DNA from: a virus
Virus record (IMG/VR): IMGVR_UViG_3300044997_000902
Coordinates: 4,076-68,075 of that record
Length of the DNA: 64,000 nucleotides
Reading direction: 5' to 3' (one strand)
The notes beneath the pieces were generated by a model. That model was not told the origin of the DNA, did not search any database, and worked only from the letters and a program-made list of their open reading frames with translations. A program made the position numbers and the translations under genes. Positions 1 to 9,590 of the stretch are shown here, piece by piece. Positions within the stretch are counted from its first letter, which is position 1; the number at the start of each line of letters is the position of its first letter.

Positions 1-2
1 AT

Positions 3-1025
3 ATGGTTGATTATTTGCTGAAACATACTAATTATATCATATTTGGTGGAGTTAGAAGATTAAGCGTATATAATCATAACAATATTAAACATATTGATTC
101 AGATAGATTTCACCTTATTAATTTTGATCTTACGGACGCTCACGCTATAGCTAGAACAGTAGAAAAATTAAAACCAGATTACTTCATCAACTTCGCTGCT
201 CAAAGCTTTGTAGCAAGTAGCTGGGATTTTGCAAGACAAACATGGGCGACAAATTCTACATCAATATTAGATATATTAGAAGCAATTAGACTTCACAAGC
301 CTAACTGTAGACTATATCAAGCTGGTTCCAGCGAAGAATTTGGTAATGTTTTATATTCTCCTCAGAATGAAGATCATCCACTTAGGCCAAGAAGTCCATA
401 TGGAGCAAGTAAAGCTGCATCTAGACAACTAATTAAAGTTTATAGAGAGTCTTACAATCTTTATGCAATCCAAGGATGGTTATTTAACCACGAAGGGACT
501 CGAAGAGGAGAAGAATTCGTTACGAGAAAAATAACTAAAAAAGTTGCACAGATTTTTAACGCTATAAAAAATGAACAATCTTTTTCTCCACTTCAACTTG
601 GAAATGTTGATGCTAAAAGAGACTGGAGTGATTCAGAAGATTTTATTGATGGAGTCTGGAGGATGTTGAATCAAGATAAATATAATGCAAATTACGATGG
701 AAAACCCAAAGAATATGTTTTCTCATCAAACGAAACCCATACAATAAGAGAATTTGTGGAATTAGCATTTGGATTTTGTTACATGATGGGTAAGTGGGAA
801 AATAAAACGGGTAAACCAGAAGATGAAAAATATTATGTTTATATACAAAATAAACCAGTATTAGTTGTAGAAATAAATCCTAAATTTTATAGACCAGCAG
901 AAGTGGAATTGCTTTTAGGAGACTCTAGCAAAGCTCGAAAAGAATTGGGATGGAAACCTTACTGCAACTTTCCATCCTTAGTAGAAAAGATGATTAGAAG
1001 TGATTTAGAAGTTTATGAAGATTAA
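3..1025 (+). CDS. gmd: GDP-mannose 4,6-dehydratase, probably 5'-truncated by the window edge
   Basis: NFAAQSFV, SSEEFG, catalytic SPYGASK (YxxxK), LFNHE, FVTRKIT, RDW and FYRPAEVELLLGD motifs; the N-terminal GxxGQDG is absent. Confidence 0.95.
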   Translation: MVDYLLKHTNYIIFGGVRRLSVYNHNNIKHIDSDRFHLINFDLTDAHAIARTVEKLKPDYFINFAAQSFVASSWDFARQTWATNSTSILDILEAIRLHKPNCRLYQAGSSEEFGNVLYSPQNEDHPLRPRSPYGASKAASRQLIKVYRESYNLYAIQGWLFNHEGTRRGEEFVTRKITKKVAQIFNAIKNEQSFSPLQLGNVDAKRDWSDSEDFIDGVWRMLNQDKYNANYDGKPKEYVFSSNETHTIREFVELAFGFCYMMGKWENKTGKPEDEKYYVYIQNKPVLVVEINPKFYRPAEVELLLGDSSKARKELGWKPYCNFPSLVEKMIRSDLEVYED

Positions 1026-1031
1026 AAATAT

Positions 1032-1631
1032 ATGAATATAATTAATATATTCCCAATCCCAATTGCAAAATTTAAACTAGAAAGACAATTGACTCAGGAC
1101 GAAAAAAACCATTTAATTAATCTGGACATCAAGCCAAATAAAGAAAACTTTATAACTTTAGATTCATATGTATTAGAACATAAAAAATGCAAGATTTAAA
1201 AAATGGATAACACTACAATTAATTGAGTATTATAATAAAGTTTATCAGCCTAAATATTCTAGTCAAATTTACATTACTCAATCTTGGGTTAATTATTCTT
1301 CTAAGGGATAATCACATCATAAACATTCTCATAAAAATTCTTTTTTAAGTGCGGTTTTTATATAAAATCAAATCCAAATAGTGGAAGAATTGTATTCCAT
1401 AAAAATAATTTTAGAGACATAGACATTGAGCCAGGAGCGATAAATGAATACAATGGAGATTCATATAATTTGCCCGTTAACACGTTAGATTTGATAGTTT
1501 TTCCATCTGATTTAATTTATTCTGTAGAATTATTAACTTCAGATGAAACTAGAATAAGTTTAGGTTTAAATACTTTTATTAAAGGAATGTTTGGAGATTT
1601 AGAAAAATTATCAGAATTAAAAATTTCTTGA
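1032..1631 (+). pseudogene. Degraded TIGR02466-like 2OG-Fe(II) oxygenase
   Basis: Manual translation across frames: MNIINIFPIPI...ITQSWVN...H.HSH.NSFLSAVFY...LIVFPSDL..SV...RISLGLNTF. Three -1 shifts in A/T runs (~1185, ~1201, ~1358) and an in-frame TAA at 1309-1311. Confidence 0.8.
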
Positions 1632-1656
1632 GTGAAATTAATATTAATGCTACAAT
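1628..1656 (+). promoter_or_regulatory. sigma70-type promoter
   Basis: TTGAGT-N17-TACAAT with TGn extended -10; ATG at 1666. Confidence 0.55.
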
Positions 1657-1665
1657 AGTCTTATT

Positions 1666-2013
1666 ATGTTAAGAGATTCTTTAACTCCATATAAATTATG
1701 CTGTTATATTGTAAAGAAATTTGTTAAATCTAAAAATATAGCTTGGGGCTATGAAATTAATCAAGCCAAGAAATTGTTGAAATTTGAATCAAAAGACACA
1801 TTTTGGTTTAAAATTAAATCAAAAGAATTAAAATCTTTAGATTGGTTATTATCTTATGAGGGAAAAAAGTTTCTTTTAAAAGAAAAAGCGTTATTAGATG
1901 TTGACAAAACTAATAAAATCACATATAATTTAAAAGATGATAAAATCGGAAATGATAAACCTATCATAAAAAAACCAAAAACATTAAAGGAGTTTTTAAA
2001 TGGCAAGACCTAA
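1666..2013 (+). CDS. Hypothetical Lys-rich protein
   Basis: 115-aa ORF in operon context, overlapping the recombinase start. Confidence 0.6.
   Translation: MLRDSLTPYKLCCYIVKKFVKSKNIAWGYEINQAKKLLKFESKDTFWFKIKSKELKSLDWLLSYEGKKFLLKEKALLDVDKTNKITYNLKDDKIGNDKPIIKKPKTLKEFLNGKT
1901..1929 (+). promoter_or_regulatory. Consensus sigma70 promoter for the recombinase gene, inside the upstream ORF
   Basis: TTGACA-N17-TATAAT; AAGGAG Shine-Dalgarno before ATG 2000. Confidence 0.75.
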
Positions 2014-3142
2014 AGCAGTTGTAGAAGAATTAGCTCAAGGACCTATATCAAACGATAGGTTAAAAGCATTTTTAAAAGATAATAAAGAAGACCATTATAA
2101 TTTTGAAGATGAAATTTACTATAAAGTATCATCTGGCAGCTTAAATTTAGATTTTGTAATGGGAGGAGGATTTAGTCCGGGGTTACATAGATTTCTTGGA
2201 ATGAATGAAGGTGGAAAAACATCCGAAGCCTTAGAAGTCATGAAAAACTTTCTTAAAACAGTTACAAATGCAAGAGGAGTTTTAATTAAAGCTGAAGGTA
2301 GACTCTCAAAAGAGATTCAAGAAAGGTCGGGAATCGAATATATAACAGATCCGGACAAATGGAAAGACGGAAATTGTTTTGTATTTGAATGTAATATATT
2401 TGAAACAGTTTCAGAATTGATGCTTGAACTTGTAAAAAATAACCCTGAAAATAAAAAATATTTATTCATTCTAGATTCTGTAGATGGATTAATGCCAAAA
2501 AATGACGTAGGGAAAACCCTATCAGACGCAACGAAGGTCGCTGGTGGAGCAGTAATATCCTCAGTTTTAATGAAAAAAATGTCTATTGCCTTATCTAAGA
2601 GAGGCCACATGGCAATCTTTATTAGCCAAGTTCGATCAGATATTAAACTTGATCCATATGCAGCAAATAAAGATATCAGACAAACTACTGCTACAGGCGG
2701 AAATGCATTATTACATTTTGCAAATTGGATTATTGAATTTGAGCCACGTTTTAATAGAGATCTTATATTAGAGAAACCAAACGAAAAATATGACCCAATT
2801 AAAAACAAAATCATTGGTCACACAGCAAAACTTACAATTAAAAAGTCGACAAATGAAACAACAAATCATAAAGTAGAGTATCCAATTAAGTATGGACGTA
2901 AAAGCGGAACATCTATTTGGAGAGAATATGAAATTATTGATCAACTTATTGCTTGGCAATTTGTTACAGCAAAAGGAGCTTGGATTACAGTAGGTGATGA
3001 TCTAATCAAAGAATTAAAAGATGCAAATCTAGATTTAACTAAACAACATCAAGGAATAGATAATTTTAGAAAATATTTAGAAGAAAATCCAAAGATCACA
3101 GAATATTTATTTGATAAATATAAAAAATTAATACCTGCATGA
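2000..3142 (+). CDS. recA: RecA/UvsX-like recombinase
   Basis: SSGSLNLD..MGGG, Walker A GMNEGGKTS, Walker B FILDSV, IFISQVR, TGGNALLHFA, C-terminal KGAW. Confidence 0.9.
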   Translation: MARPKAVVEELAQGPISNDRLKAFLKDNKEDHYNFEDEIYYKVSSGSLNLDFVMGGGFSPGLHRFLGMNEGGKTSEALEVMKNFLKTVTNARGVLIKAEGRLSKEIQERSGIEYITDPDKWKDGNCFVFECNIFETVSELMLELVKNNPENKKYLFILDSVDGLMPKNDVGKTLSDATKVAGGAVISSVLMKKMSIALSKRGHMAIFISQVRSDIKLDPYAANKDIRQTTATGGNALLHFANWIIEFEPRFNRDLILEKPNEKYDPIKNKIIGHTAKLTIKKSTNETTNHKVEYPIKYGRKSGTSIWREYEIIDQLIAWQFVTAKGAWITVGDDLIKELKDANLDLTKQHQGIDNFRKYLEENPKITEYLFDKYKKLIPA

Positions 3143-3558
3143 GGTTATATAGCCTAAACGGAAGACTTGTAAACAAAAATGTTTCAAGATATCTTGTTGA
3201 TTGGGATAAATCCAGCAGAAGTAAAATTCAATTTAATATAAAAAAATTTTTTGAACAATACTGGAAAAGTCATATTGTATATGAAGAATTTCCCGTTTAC
3301 GGATCTTTAATGAAAGTTGATTTACTTAACGCTACAAAAAGAATTGCAATTGAGGTAAACGGTGAACAACATGAAAATTTTAACGAATTCTTTCATGCAA
3401 ATTCACGAATGAATTATTTGCAAAGCATAAAAAGAGATTGCAAAAAAGCAGAGTGGTTAGAAAAAAATAATTTTAAATTTATTGAATTATATCAAAAAGA
3501 TTTAAAAAATTTATCACCAAATTTCTTTTTAGAAAATTTCGATATAAACATATTTTAG
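3139..3558 (+). CDS. PD-(D/E)XK (Vsr/DUF559-like) endonuclease
   Basis: EEF...KVDLL...IAIEVNGEQH...RD..K..W pattern. Confidence 0.75.
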   Translation: MRLYSLNGRLVNKNVSRYLVDWDKSSRSKIQFNIKKFFEQYWKSHIVYEEFPVYGSLMKVDLLNATKRIAIEVNGEQHENFNEFFHANSRMNYLQSIKRDCKKAEWLEKNNFKFIELYQKDLKNLSPNFFLENFDINIF

Positions 3559-3571
3559 TGTAAAATTTTAT

Positions 3572-3820
3572 GTGCAGAAAGATTTTCCGAAGTCGTTGCT
3601 TGAATCATTAAATGAAAATTCATTTGGAGGATTCATTTTATTTAATTTTAATGCAGAAGGCGACCCTCAAGTAATGACAAAATTTGATAATCAATTAAAC
3701 GCTATGGCTTTACAGCAATATGTTAATTATTGGGCAGAAGCTATGAATTTATTAAATATAGACTGCACAATACAAAATATTGCGGAGATAGGTAAAAAGA
3801 AACGCAAGAAAAAAGATTAG
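3572..3820 (+). CDS. Hypothetical protein with basic C-terminal tail
   Basis: 82-aa ORF, GTG start, ends KKKRKKKD. Confidence 0.6.
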   Translation: MQKDFPKSLLESLNENSFGGFILFNFNAEGDPQVMTKFDNQLNAMALQQYVNYWAEAMNLLNIDCTIQNIAEIGKKKRKKKD

Positions 3821-3849
3821 TTGACTAAAAATTAAATAGATACTAGAAT
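3821..3849 (+). promoter_or_regulatory. sigma70-type promoter (helicase)
   Basis: TTGACT-N17-TAGAAT; ATG at 3858. Confidence 0.65.
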
Positions 3850-3857
3850 TAGATGTT

Positions 3858-5348
3858 ATGCCTATTTATTCCGTACAGGTCGAGAGACATGTTCTAGGTG
3901 GCCTCATAAGGAATCCAGAAATATTTTTTGATATTTCAAAATTTATATCTGAAAAAGATTTTTTTAATGATGTTCATAGTACTATATTCTCTTGTATTAA
4001 AGACGAACTTAATAAGAATAATAAGATAGATAAAGTTCTATTGGCTCAAAAAATTAAAAACCTTGGCATATCTTTCAAAGACGAGATTGATATATTTTCA
4101 TATATTGATGCACTTGCATTAACTCAAATTAATTCTCAAGGAACAATTAACGCATGCAAAGAATTAAGCAAATTAAAAGTGAGAAGAGAGTTAATGGAAA
4201 CAGCAGAAAATGTAAAGAAATATGTTAAAGAAAATGCAGAAGAAAATATAGATGCAATTGTATCTAAAGTAGATGGGATATATAATAATAAAATTAGTCA
4301 ATATTATATTGAAGGAGAACCTATCAATTTATTTGAAGAATTGGAGAGCATTATAGAAGAAATAGGTAATAATCCAAGAGATGAAACTGGATTAAAAACT
4401 CCATATAATAATTTTAATAATCTATATGGAGGTCTAAAACAAGGGAATATTTATTCGATAGTGAGTAGACCAGGCCAAGGAAAATCAACATGGCTTAATG
4501 ATATTGGTTATAAGACATCAAATGTATCTAATAAAAATACAAAAGCTTTAATCTTAGATACAGAAATGAGCACTTTAGATACTCAAATGCGTTTAGTAGC
4601 AAGTATCTCTGGAGTACCACTTTGGTTTATAGAAACTGGAAATTGGCGAAAAAATCCAGAGATGATTCAGAAAGTCAGAGATGCTTGGCCCAAAGTAAAA
4701 AATATGACTCATTATCATTATCATGTTGCTAATAAAAATATTGACGAAATTTCTTCTATTATAAGAAGATGGTATTATACAAAAGTAGGAAGAGTGAATC
4801 AAGCAGTAATCGTATATGACTATATTAAATTAACTGGCGAAAAAGTTGGTCAAAACTGGGCCGAGCATCAAGCTATTGGAGACAAAATTGATAAACTTAA
4901 AAGAATTTCAGAAGAAATTAAATGTCCGGTTATTACTGCTATGCAATTAAATAGAACTGGAGAAAATTTTAATAGAAATGCTAATCAGGTAACAGACGAC
5001 AGCTCTGCAATTGCACTTTCTGATCGTATGCAATGGTTCGCATCTTTTGTTGGAATCTTTAGAAGAAAGACTCAAGATGAGATACAAGTTGATGGTGAAC
5101 AATTTGGTACTCATAAACTTATAGCGATTAAAACTAGATTTCAAGGAAAAGATGGCGCGGGTCATCATGATTTAGTTCGTAGAAGAGTCGGAGAAAATGA
5201 ATTTAAATATTTCAATAATTATATTAATTTTGAAGTTAATAATTTCAATGTAGAAGAAAGAGGAACTCTAAGAGAAATTGTAGACGCAGAAAATGAAAGA
5301 TTGGATTTTGATCAAGAAGGTCAAAGTGAAGATGGAGAATTACTATGA
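3858..5348 (+). CDS. dnaB: DnaB-like replicative helicase
   Basis: N-terminal ERHVLGGL domain, Walker A SRPGQGKST, DTEMS, VYDYIKL, AMQLNR, KTRF. Confidence 0.93.
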   Translation: MPIYSVQVERHVLGGLIRNPEIFFDISKFISEKDFFNDVHSTIFSCIKDELNKNNKIDKVLLAQKIKNLGISFKDEIDIFSYIDALALTQINSQGTINACKELSKLKVRRELMETAENVKKYVKENAEENIDAIVSKVDGIYNNKISQYYIEGEPINLFEELESIIEEIGNNPRDETGLKTPYNNFNNLYGGLKQGNIYSIVSRPGQGKSTWLNDIGYKTSNVSNKNTKALILDTEMSTLDTQMRLVASISGVPLWFIETGNWRKNPEMIQKVRDAWPKVKNMTHYHYHVANKNIDEISSIIRRWYYTKVGRVNQAVIVYDYIKLTGEKVGQNWAEHQAIGDKIDKLKRISEEIKCPVITAMQLNRTGENFNRNANQVTDDSSAIALSDRMQWFASFVGIFRRKTQDEIQVDGEQFGTHKLIAIKTRFQGKDGAGHHDLVRRRVGENEFKYFNNYINFEVNNFNVEERGTLREIVDAENERLDFDQEGQSEDGELL

Positions 5349-6001
5349 ATGTAGAATTAATTTCAATTACAAACCCAGAGATTCAAGTAATAAAAAATGC
5401 AGAAGATCTTGTTGCTTATTGCGCCAGAGTCAGTAATCCATCAAATCAAATGAATATTGAAACATCTCCTAAATTACTTGCGTTTCTCATAAAGCATAAA
5501 CATTGGTCTCCATTTGAAATGGTGGATATGACAGTTGAAATTAAAACAAGTAGAGCAATTGCAGCGCAAATTTTAAGACATAAATCATTTTCATTTCAAG
5601 AGTTTAGTCAAAGATATAGTGTTGCTACAGAATTTGAAGACATTGAATTAAGACTTCAAGGAGATAAAAATCGTCAAGTAGGAGAAAAACTTTTTGATAC
5701 AAATGATGCAAGATATGAAGATTTAAAGTCTTCTATCAAAGAAGCTATTTCACTTTCTTCAACTACATATGATAAGATGATAGAGAATGGAATAGCTAAA
5801 GAAATCGCAAGAATGATATTGCCATTAGCAACTCAAACAACGATGTATATGAAAGGATCTTTGAGAAGTTGGATTCACTATATCGAGTTGCGAACAGAGC
5901 AAAACACACAAAAAGAACATAGAGTAATAGCAGATAAATGTAAAAAGATCTTTACAAAACAATTTCCTGTCATTAGCGAAGCATTAAAATGGACAACATA
6001 A
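5345..6001 (+). CDS. thyX: FAD-dependent thymidylate synthase
   Basis: HWSPFEM, QILRHKSFSFQEFSQRY, EIARMILP, GSLRSWIHYIELR, QKEHR. Confidence 0.96.
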   Translation: MNVELISITNPEIQVIKNAEDLVAYCARVSNPSNQMNIETSPKLLAFLIKHKHWSPFEMVDMTVEIKTSRAIAAQILRHKSFSFQEFSQRYSVATEFEDIELRLQGDKNRQVGEKLFDTNDARYEDLKSSIKEAISLSSTTYDKMIENGIAKEIARMILPLATQTTMYMKGSLRSWIHYIELRTEQNTQKEHRVIADKCKKIFTKQFPVISEALKWTT

Positions 6002-6897
6002 AAGAATTATTATCTAATCTAGGCTACAATTTAAAAGAATATTCAAAAGAATATCGTACAAAGCCTTTGTATAGAGATTCAGATAATGAAAATGTTTTGG
6101 TAATCTATAAGGATAGTGGAAAATGGATTGATTACAAGGAGAATATAACTGGTAATCTTCAAGATTTAGTTAGAATGACACTCAATTTACCTAATAATTT
6201 AGAAGCAAAGGAATGGATAAATCAAAAAACTCCAGTAAATAATACTTTTACAGTTTATAAAAAACCAGAGATTAAACAAGTCAAATGCTATTCCCACGAC
6301 GTTTTATCAAAGTTAGTCAAAGATCATGCATTCTGGCATAAACGTAATATTAGTGATACAACTATGGAAATTTTTGAAGGTGGAATTTTAAAAGAAGGTA
6401 GGATGAAAGGTAGATATGTTTTTCCTATTCTTAATAAAGAAAGACAATTAATAGGAGTAGCAGGAAGAGATATTTTAAATAGAAATGAGAAACTTTGTCC
6501 TAAATGGAAATTGGTAGGAGATAAAGTAGATTGGAAATATCCACTTCAAGTTAATTCTAAAATACTAATTAAATCTAAAGAAGTTATCTTAGTAGAAAGT
6601 ATAGGAGATATGTTGAATTTATGGGAAAATGGAATTAAAAATACTATAGTAACTTTTGGACTTAATCTTAGCGTGGGAATTTTAAATACATTATTAATAT
6701 TAAATCCTAATAAAATTTATCTTTCATTTAATAATGATTCAAATAAAAATAACGCAGGAAATCTCGCGGCAGAAAAGACTAAAGAAAAATTACTAAAACA
6801 TTTTGATCATCATCAAATTAAAATTAAACTTCCTTCAAAAAAAGACTTTGGAGAAATGTCAAAAGAAGAAATAAATCAATGGAAAACAAACCTTTAA
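5989..6897 (+). CDS. DnaG-like DNA primase (Toprim)
   Basis: RYVFPI...GVAGR, ILVESIGD, FNND, KDFGEM; follows the helicase. Confidence 0.88.
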   Translation: MDNIKELLSNLGYNLKEYSKEYRTKPLYRDSDNENVLVIYKDSGKWIDYKENITGNLQDLVRMTLNLPNNLEAKEWINQKTPVNNTFTVYKKPEIKQVKCYSHDVLSKLVKDHAFWHKRNISDTTMEIFEGGILKEGRMKGRYVFPILNKERQLIGVAGRDILNRNEKLCPKWKLVGDKVDWKYPLQVNSKILIKSKEVILVESIGDMLNLWENGIKNTIVTFGLNLSVGILNTLLILNPNKIYLSFNNDSNKNNAGNLAAEKTKEKLLKHFDHHQIKIKLPSKKDFGEMSKEEINQWKTNL

Positions 6898-7871
6898 AAG
6901 TTTTATCTGCTTCTAGAATTAAAACCCTAGAGACTTGTTCTTGGGTATATTGGAATAATTATCATACAAAAATTCCACAGACTCAAAACGATGGTGCATT
7001 AAGAGGTACGGTTTGTCATAAAATATTTGAGATTTTATTAAATAAAAAACACAAAAAACATTTTACATCAATTATAAAAAACAACTCTATCAAAGGAAGT
7101 AAACCGATTGAAAGATTAACAAGAAAATTAATAAATCAAGCTCCATTAGATATGAGCAATTTTGAAATCATTGACGAAATGATATTAGTTGGATTAAAGC
7201 ACGATTTTTATGGTCAAGATGGTAAAATTGTAGCACCAGAATATGCTTTTGAAATCAAGAGTGATAGCCCCAGATATCACGTTAAAGGCTTTATTGATAA
7301 GCCTATTAAAATGAAAAATAAAATGCTTATAATTGACTACAAGAGCTCCAAAGCTAAATTTAGGGGTGATGACCTTGAAGCGAATATTCAAGCCATGATG
7401 TATAGTCTTGCTAGTAAAAAATTATGGCCTAAATTAAAGCCTATTGTAAGATTCCTATTTTTAAGATTTCCAAAGCAGCCAATTCAAGAGCTTGAGTTTG
7501 ACGACAATCAAATTAAAGGATTTGAACACTACCTTGAATATGTTAATGCTCATATTAATAACTTTGATATTAATAGTGCAGAATCTAATTTTGCATCAGA
7601 TAACCCAAAAAATAAATGGATGTGTGGAGTAGGAAACTGGAAATGCCCTTACAAAGACTCTTTTGAATATTACGTTAAATTAAATGATAAAAATGAAATT
7701 ATTGAATCTAATTTTGATGGTAAATTTAAAGTCATAGAAGGATTTAAAATAGAAAAAAGAAAATACGCTGGATGCCCAAGGTTTAATAATGTTTCCATAA
7801 ATCAATCAACAGACGATATTTTAGATGAAATGACGTCAAAATCAAAAGACACTTTTGATGATTTATCTTGA
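6879..7871 (+). CDS. RecB/Cas4-like PD-(D/E)XK exonuclease
   Basis: LSASRI...C, RGTVCH, E...GFIDK, IIDYKS, QAMMY, C-terminal Cys cluster. Confidence 0.85.
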   Translation: MENKPLKVLSASRIKTLETCSWVYWNNYHTKIPQTQNDGALRGTVCHKIFEILLNKKHKKHFTSIIKNNSIKGSKPIERLTRKLINQAPLDMSNFEIIDEMILVGLKHDFYGQDGKIVAPEYAFEIKSDSPRYHVKGFIDKPIKMKNKMLIIDYKSSKAKFRGDDLEANIQAMMYSLASKKLWPKLKPIVRFLFLRFPKQPIQELEFDDNQIKGFEHYLEYVNAHINNFDINSAESNFASDNPKNKWMCGVGNWKCPYKDSFEYYVKLNDKNEIIESNFDGKFKVIEGFKIEKRKYAGCPRFNNVSINQSTDDILDEMTSKSKDTFDDLS

Positions 7872-7896
7872 CATGACAACTACAATATAGTATAAA
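7868..7896 (+). promoter_or_regulatory. sigma70-type promoter
   Basis: TTGACA-N17-TATAAA; ATG at 7903. Confidence 0.65.
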
Positions 7897-7902
7897 TAAA
7901 GC

Positions 7903-8664
7903 ATGTACAATACAATACCTTTATTTAAAAGCCACTTTTCAATAGGTAAAAGTATATTAACTCTTGAAGAAAAGAATGAAGAAGAAAATGAACCAGATTC
8001 AATTATACAAATCGCTAGAGATAATAAATTAAAAAAATTATTTCTTGTCGAAGACTGCTTTAGCGGCTTTTTGCAAGCTTATAAAAATCTAAAAGCAGCG
8101 AATATTGATCTCGTATTCGGTATTAAATTTGTATTTTGTGACAACATATCAAATAAGAATGAGGAAGAATTAAAAAAGCATCATAAATTAATATTATTTA
8201 CTAATGGTGACGAAGGGTATAAGACGTTAATTAAATTATGGACAAAAGCCAATGTTGATGGTTTTTACTATACGCCTAGATTGGATATGAATATTTTAAA
8301 AGAAAATTTTAACGATGGTATTAAAATTGCTATACCATTTTATGATAATTTTATATTTAATAACTCTTTTAAAGGATATCAATGTTTGCCTTTTATTGAA
8401 AATTATAAACCATCTGTTTTTATAGAAAATAATAAATTAATTTTTGACGGTTTAATCAAGAATAAAATGGAAGATTTTGCAAAATTAAACAAATTAGATT
8501 TAATAAAAACAAAAAGCATTTATTATAAAAATAGAAAAGATTTTAAAAGTTTTTTAACTTTTAGATGCATTAATAATCGAACCACACTAAATAAACCAGA
8601 GATGGAACATATGTCTAGTAATGAATTTTGTTTTGAAAGCTGGAAGGAACAAAATCATGGATGA
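7903..8664 (+). CDS. Stand-alone PHP domain of DNA polymerase III alpha
   Basis: SHFS, LILF.....GYK.LIKL, GFYYTPRLD match the DnaE N-terminal PHP domain. Confidence 0.85.
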   Translation: MYNTIPLFKSHFSIGKSILTLEEKNEEENEPDSIIQIARDNKLKKLFLVEDCFSGFLQAYKNLKAANIDLVFGIKFVFCDNISNKNEEELKKHHKLILFTNGDEGYKTLIKLWTKANVDGFYYTPRLDMNILKENFNDGIKIAIPFYDNFIFNNSFKGYQCLPFIENYKPSVFIENNKLIFDGLIKNKMEDFAKLNKLDLIKTKSIYYKNRKDFKSFLTFRCINNRTTLNKPEMEHMSSNEFCFESWKEQNHG

Positions 8665-9298
8665 ACATCTTTTAAGATTTGATAAAAGCAAGACTTTTTT
8701 ATTTATAGATTGCGAGACGTTTAATCTATGTTTAAATTTTTGTCATAATTTACCTTGGCAAATCGCTATGTTAAAATGTCAAGGCGATAGGATTATAGAA
8801 TCCAAGGATATACATCTTAGATGGAAGACTCATTTAAAAATAAGTAAAGATGCAGCAAAAATTACAAGATTTGATCCCAAGACAATAGAAAAGAAAGGCA
8901 TTGATCCAGAAGCATTTTTTCCTACATTAAAAGATTGGATAGATAAAACAGATTATATCGTTGGTCATAATATAATAGGATTTGATTTATATATAATTAA
9001 TGAATATTACAAATTTATGGAAATTGAACCGGTTGATCTATTATCTAAATCTATAGATACAAATTTATTATATAAAGGAATCAAAACTGGAAAATCTTAT
9101 AACCCTAAAAAAGAGAGTTTACAAGAATATATGTATAAACTTTATCATACGAAATTTAAAAATATAAGAACAAATTTAACTGCTACTGGAAAAGATTTGA
9201 ATATTCAGCATGATTATGATTCTTTACATAATGCTCTTTCAGATCTAGAATTAAATTTTAAAGTCTGGAATAAAATTAAATATATGGTCAACATTTAA
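8657..9298 (+). CDS. DEDDh 3'-5' exonuclease (DnaQ-like)
   Basis: FIDCET, VGHNIIGFD, IDT, LHNALSD; start re-called to ATG 8657. Confidence 0.88.
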   Translation: MDEHLLRFDKSKTFLFIDCETFNLCLNFCHNLPWQIAMLKCQGDRIIESKDIHLRWKTHLKISKDAAKITRFDPKTIEKKGIDPEAFFPTLKDWIDKTDYIVGHNIIGFDLYIINEYYKFMEIEPVDLLSKSIDTNLLYKGIKTGKSYNPKKESLQEYMYKLYHTKFKNIRTNLTATGKDLNIQHDYDSLHNALSDLELNFKVWNKIKYMVNI

Positions 9299-9327
9299 TT
9301 GCATTCTAAATAAGAAAGGAATATAAT
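9299..9327 (+). promoter_or_regulatory. sigma70-type promoter
   Basis: TTGCAT-N17-TATAAT; ATG at 9336. Confidence 0.65.
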
Positions 9328-9335
9328 AACTAATT

Positions 9336-9590
9336 ATGGCATCAATGGATTTTATATACGATATTCTCAATAAATTTGAGAAAGAAAATATTGATTATCT
9401 TTTAATAACATTACAGCATGGAAAAACGAATAGTAAAGCTGACGTATTTTACTCATTAAATAATGAAGAGAGATCATTTGAAGCCTTGAAAGAGGGTTTA
9501 ACTGAATTTCAATCAAATATAGATAAATCTATAAATAAACATAGATCAAATAAAAAGCGTAAAAGAAAAAAGGATGACGACGAATATTGA
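9336..9590 (+). CDS. Hypothetical protein with basic then acidic tail
   Basis: 84-aa ORF ending KKRKRKKDDDEY, overlapping the dnaE start. Confidence 0.6.
   Translation: MASMDFIYDILNKFEKENIDYLLITLQHGKTNSKADVFYSLNNEERSFEALKEGLTEFQSNIDKSINKHRSNKKRKRKKDDDEY

Noticed and set aside
1032-1631. Stop-codon reassignment explaining the broken ORF
   Set aside because: The breaks are frameshifts and a TAA; TAA, TAG and TGA all end genes normally elsewhere and coding density is high under the standard code.
6879-7871. Cas4 of a CRISPR-Cas system
   Set aside because: It sits in a replication operon without cas1/cas2 or an array; better read as a phage exonuclease.
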